From Octopus vulgaris (lineage: Eukaryota), in contig OX597826.1 in NCBI GenBank assembly GCA_951406725.2, positions 10,106,001 to 10,170,000 on the forward strand: a stretch of DNA of 64,000 bases, in the 5' to 3' direction. Shown here in pieces: positions 61,030-64,000 of the stretch (position 1 is its first letter; every line of letters starts with the position of its first letter). The translations under genes were made by a program, and so were the position numbers. Under the pieces are notes generated by a model. The model was not told the origin of the DNA. It did no database searches and saw only the letters and a list, made by a program, of their open reading frames with translations.

Positions 61030-61632
61030 ACTCTCAACAATACGCTCTTAAATATGGTTTCTGATTACAAATATCTTGGGTCATACATATCATCATCTGA
61101 AAAAGATTTTCTAACTAGAAAGGGTATGGCCTGGTCAGCCTGTAATGATATGCATAAGATCTGGTCATCAAATCTAAGTAGAGATTTCAAACTTAAAATC
61201 TTCAAAGCCACAGTCGAACCAATTCTACTATATGGCTCAGAAACCTGGATGTAATCAAAGAAGCTTGAGAGGCAGTTGGATGGAATTTACACTCGCCTCC
61301 TTATGAGAGCTCAAAATCTCTCGTGGAAGCATCATCAAACCAAAGTACAAATGTATGGGAAACTACCACCTGTATCATCTCTTGTGAAAGGTGGAAGAGT
61401 CCAGTTTGCTGGACATTGTTGTAGAGCTGAAAATGAGGTAATTTCTACTCTTCTCCTCTGGAAGCCATCTGCTTGCGATACCAGAGGGCGCACACTCTCC
61501 TACCCTGATGTAATCTCCAGGGATACAGGCATCCAGCAACAGGACCTACATAATGCTATGATGGACCGTGAAGTCTGGCGTAACATAGTAAATTCCATTG
61601 ACTCGACCATGGTCGAACAATGAATGAATGAA
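61030..61632 (+). mobile_element. RTE-clade LINE 3' fragment, same family as 6965-7453
   Basis: Encodes YKYLGSYISSSEKDFLTRKGMAW...LLYGSETW with a premature TAA at 61252-61254. Tail is (TGAA)n. Confidence 0.85.
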
Positions 61633-62950
61633 ATGACAACTACAATTTCACTTGGCTTGAGGGGTCTTTCTTCTCAAGCATGACATATTGCCAAAGGTCT
61701 TGGCCGTTTGCCATTGCCTCCATAAGGTCCAATGCTCGAAGGGTGCTTTTTATGTGACGGCAAAATAAATATAAAATGGAAATAAAAAGAAAAGAGAAAT
61801 TGTTGAAATACTCAGATCATTTCAGGAAATATTTGAATGTCTTGGACACAGTGAACACTTTGTTATCATTTGGCTCTGAGTCAGCTCTGCTCAAAGAAAC
61901 CTATGACAATGAAATTCCACTGTGATTATATCCTTTTTTCAGAATTATGTTATCCAGTGTGTTCTTTGTTTTTAGATGTAGGGTGTAATATGAGGGAGAT
62001 GTTGGGTATTATTTCTAGCAGGCTGTATGAACACATAAAGGTTCCTTCACTGTATCATGTGACAGTTTGTTACTGACACATTATTTCTAACGACCAGGTT
62101 TAATTCTATTGTTGTGGTAAAGGTTGATCATATTATTAAACTTTATTAGGATCTTTGCGGTTTGAACGGCAGTTTTTTCTAGCGGTGTCATATGAAATTG
62201 TCACCCATAATTATGACCCTAGTATCAATCTATTGCATTTCAATCTGTTTTAGGGTTAGGGGTGGGGGGAAGGGTATATTTTTTACTTCTCAAATGTAAA
62301 TAAACCCAATCTGTTTCTTAAACGAGGGACATATTCATACGGCACAGAATGTTTTTTTTACTTCAATAGAGGTCATTGATTGGTTGAAATTGCAGAAATT
62401 GAAGAAAAACAACAAATATCTTACAAACAATAGAATTTTCTCAATAAAGCCAAGAGAAAAAGATTTTTTATAAACACATTCTACCAGTATACGAAGTTTA
62501 AAATTTTTTAGTTACTTAGAAATTATGTTAAAAACTGCCGTTCAAACCAAAAAGATCCATTTATTATGACAGTAAAAATTGATGACCAATAAACTTCATT
62601 ATAACAGTCAAAGGTCATCACCATCATTTTAACATCCACTTTTCCATGCTTGCATTGGTCAGATAGAGTTTATATATAGGCAGATTTTTTCAACAGCTGG
62701 ATACCCTTCCTGTCACCAACCCTCACCTATTTCCAAGCAAGATAATATTTCCACTTTCCCTGACATGTTTTTTGTATAGAAGACTGGAAATGAAATCATA
62801 CTGCTTGTATGACATGACACTCGTATATATATATAAATATCACATGATGTCCAAGACAACAGACCACATACAAACACACACACACAAACACACAAACACA
62901 ACTACATGCAAACACTCACAGACAGACAGACAGACAGACAGACACACACA

Positions 62951-63022
<72 letters not shown>

Positions 63023-63026
<4 letters not shown>

Positions 63027-63239
63027 GAGGTGCTGAAAAGTACCTGGCTTTGGGCAAAAGTAAATACAGGAAGATAATTTAATTATGATTTTAGTCAGCA
63101 TATTTCTCTTTCAGATTCACAAACTTATTTGCAGCAGCCCTTCAGTTTTTCTAAGCCCTGTAAAAGAACTCAGAGGGCTGAGCCTCCAGCGAGGCCTTTT
63201 GTGATACCCTTAAACCAGGAACTTTCCAGCATCCCCTTG
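63023..63239. mobile_element. Mariner-like MITE
   Basis: Imperfect TIRs GAGGTGCTGAAAAGTACCTGGCTT / AACCAGGAACTTTCCAGCATC. Second copy at about 20726-20937. Confidence 0.6.
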
Positions 63240-64000
63240 TATATATGTTTATGTTTGTATATGTGTGTCTTGATATGGGGGCAATAGTTGTAAATGAGCA
63301 TCACCATCATACAAGTGGTGTCATTTATATCCAAACTCCTGTGAAACCATATCTACCTATGGGGAAATATACTCTTGTTTGGAAACAAGTAAAGGTCAGT
63401 AGAAGACAGGCATCCATCTGTTGAAAATCTGCCACAACATATATTCTGTCTGACCGATGCAAGCATAGAAAATTTGTGTTAAAATGATGATGCAAATATA
63501 AGAAAACAAAGACTTGATAAATTATACCATAGCATATTAGTTTTTGGATTATATTGACTTTTCATGCTTCGATTTTTTTTTTCTTTTCGTATTTTCATTA
63601 TTGGAATTATTGCAGTTGATTTTAATGACTCTTTTGTTTCATTATTTTAATTACACTTTTACCTTTTTTTTTTTTTTATTTATTTATATTCAGTATTGCT
63701 GATGAATGTGTGCAAAAGTTTGAGCCATCATTTAACTTTTTGAAGTTAAAATTAATTTATATAACAAAATTCCTACATTCAACGTATATCTCAAAATTAC
63801 GTTGGTCAGACAACATTTTCCTGTGATATATAACTGTTGTCCTTCTCACAAGACTATCAAAAGTTAAGATGTTAGTTTTTAGTCCTCAGTCATTTAGACA
63901 AATTTATATGGCAAAAATTATTTAGAAAGACCAGATCTGATATATTTAAGGCTGGTTTCCCAAATTACTTTGTGGAATCTTGTTCAATACTCTTTCATCA

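Overview
AT-rich, repeat-dense eukaryotic genomic DNA. The SINE/LINE/MITE families and microsatellite load look like an Octopus (coleoid cephalopod) genome, which is an inference. One protein-coding gene is supported: a 5'-partial STIL (SCL/TAL1-interrupting locus, centriole duplication) ortholog on the + strand. It has 13 reconstructed coding exons from 5191 to 39667, totalling 3519 nt (about 1172 aa in the window), with the N-terminal conserved region, PRxxPxP motif, coiled coil, STAN domain and C-terminal motif all recognisable. The model needs two opposite single-base frameshifts (about 25703-25710 and about 28558), which fall in a zone with odd short mosaic duplications, and probably one GC-AG intron. 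Almost all other ORF-track entries are repeat or microsatellite noise. Main hunt results: (1) several Penelope-type minimal type I hammerhead ribozymes, including one that looks intact on the minus strand at about 4064-4156. The core-intact copies within the STIL locus are antisense to it and the sense copies are core-mutated. (2) A roughly 3.8-kb inverted duplication (48058-51860) whose most conserved part is a 116-nt exon-like unit, lying near two promoter-like segments with shared motifs. (3) Locus-internal patch duplications. (4) A Merlin-like MITE carrying telomeric hexamers. No prokaryote-type systems (CRISPR, operons) are present.
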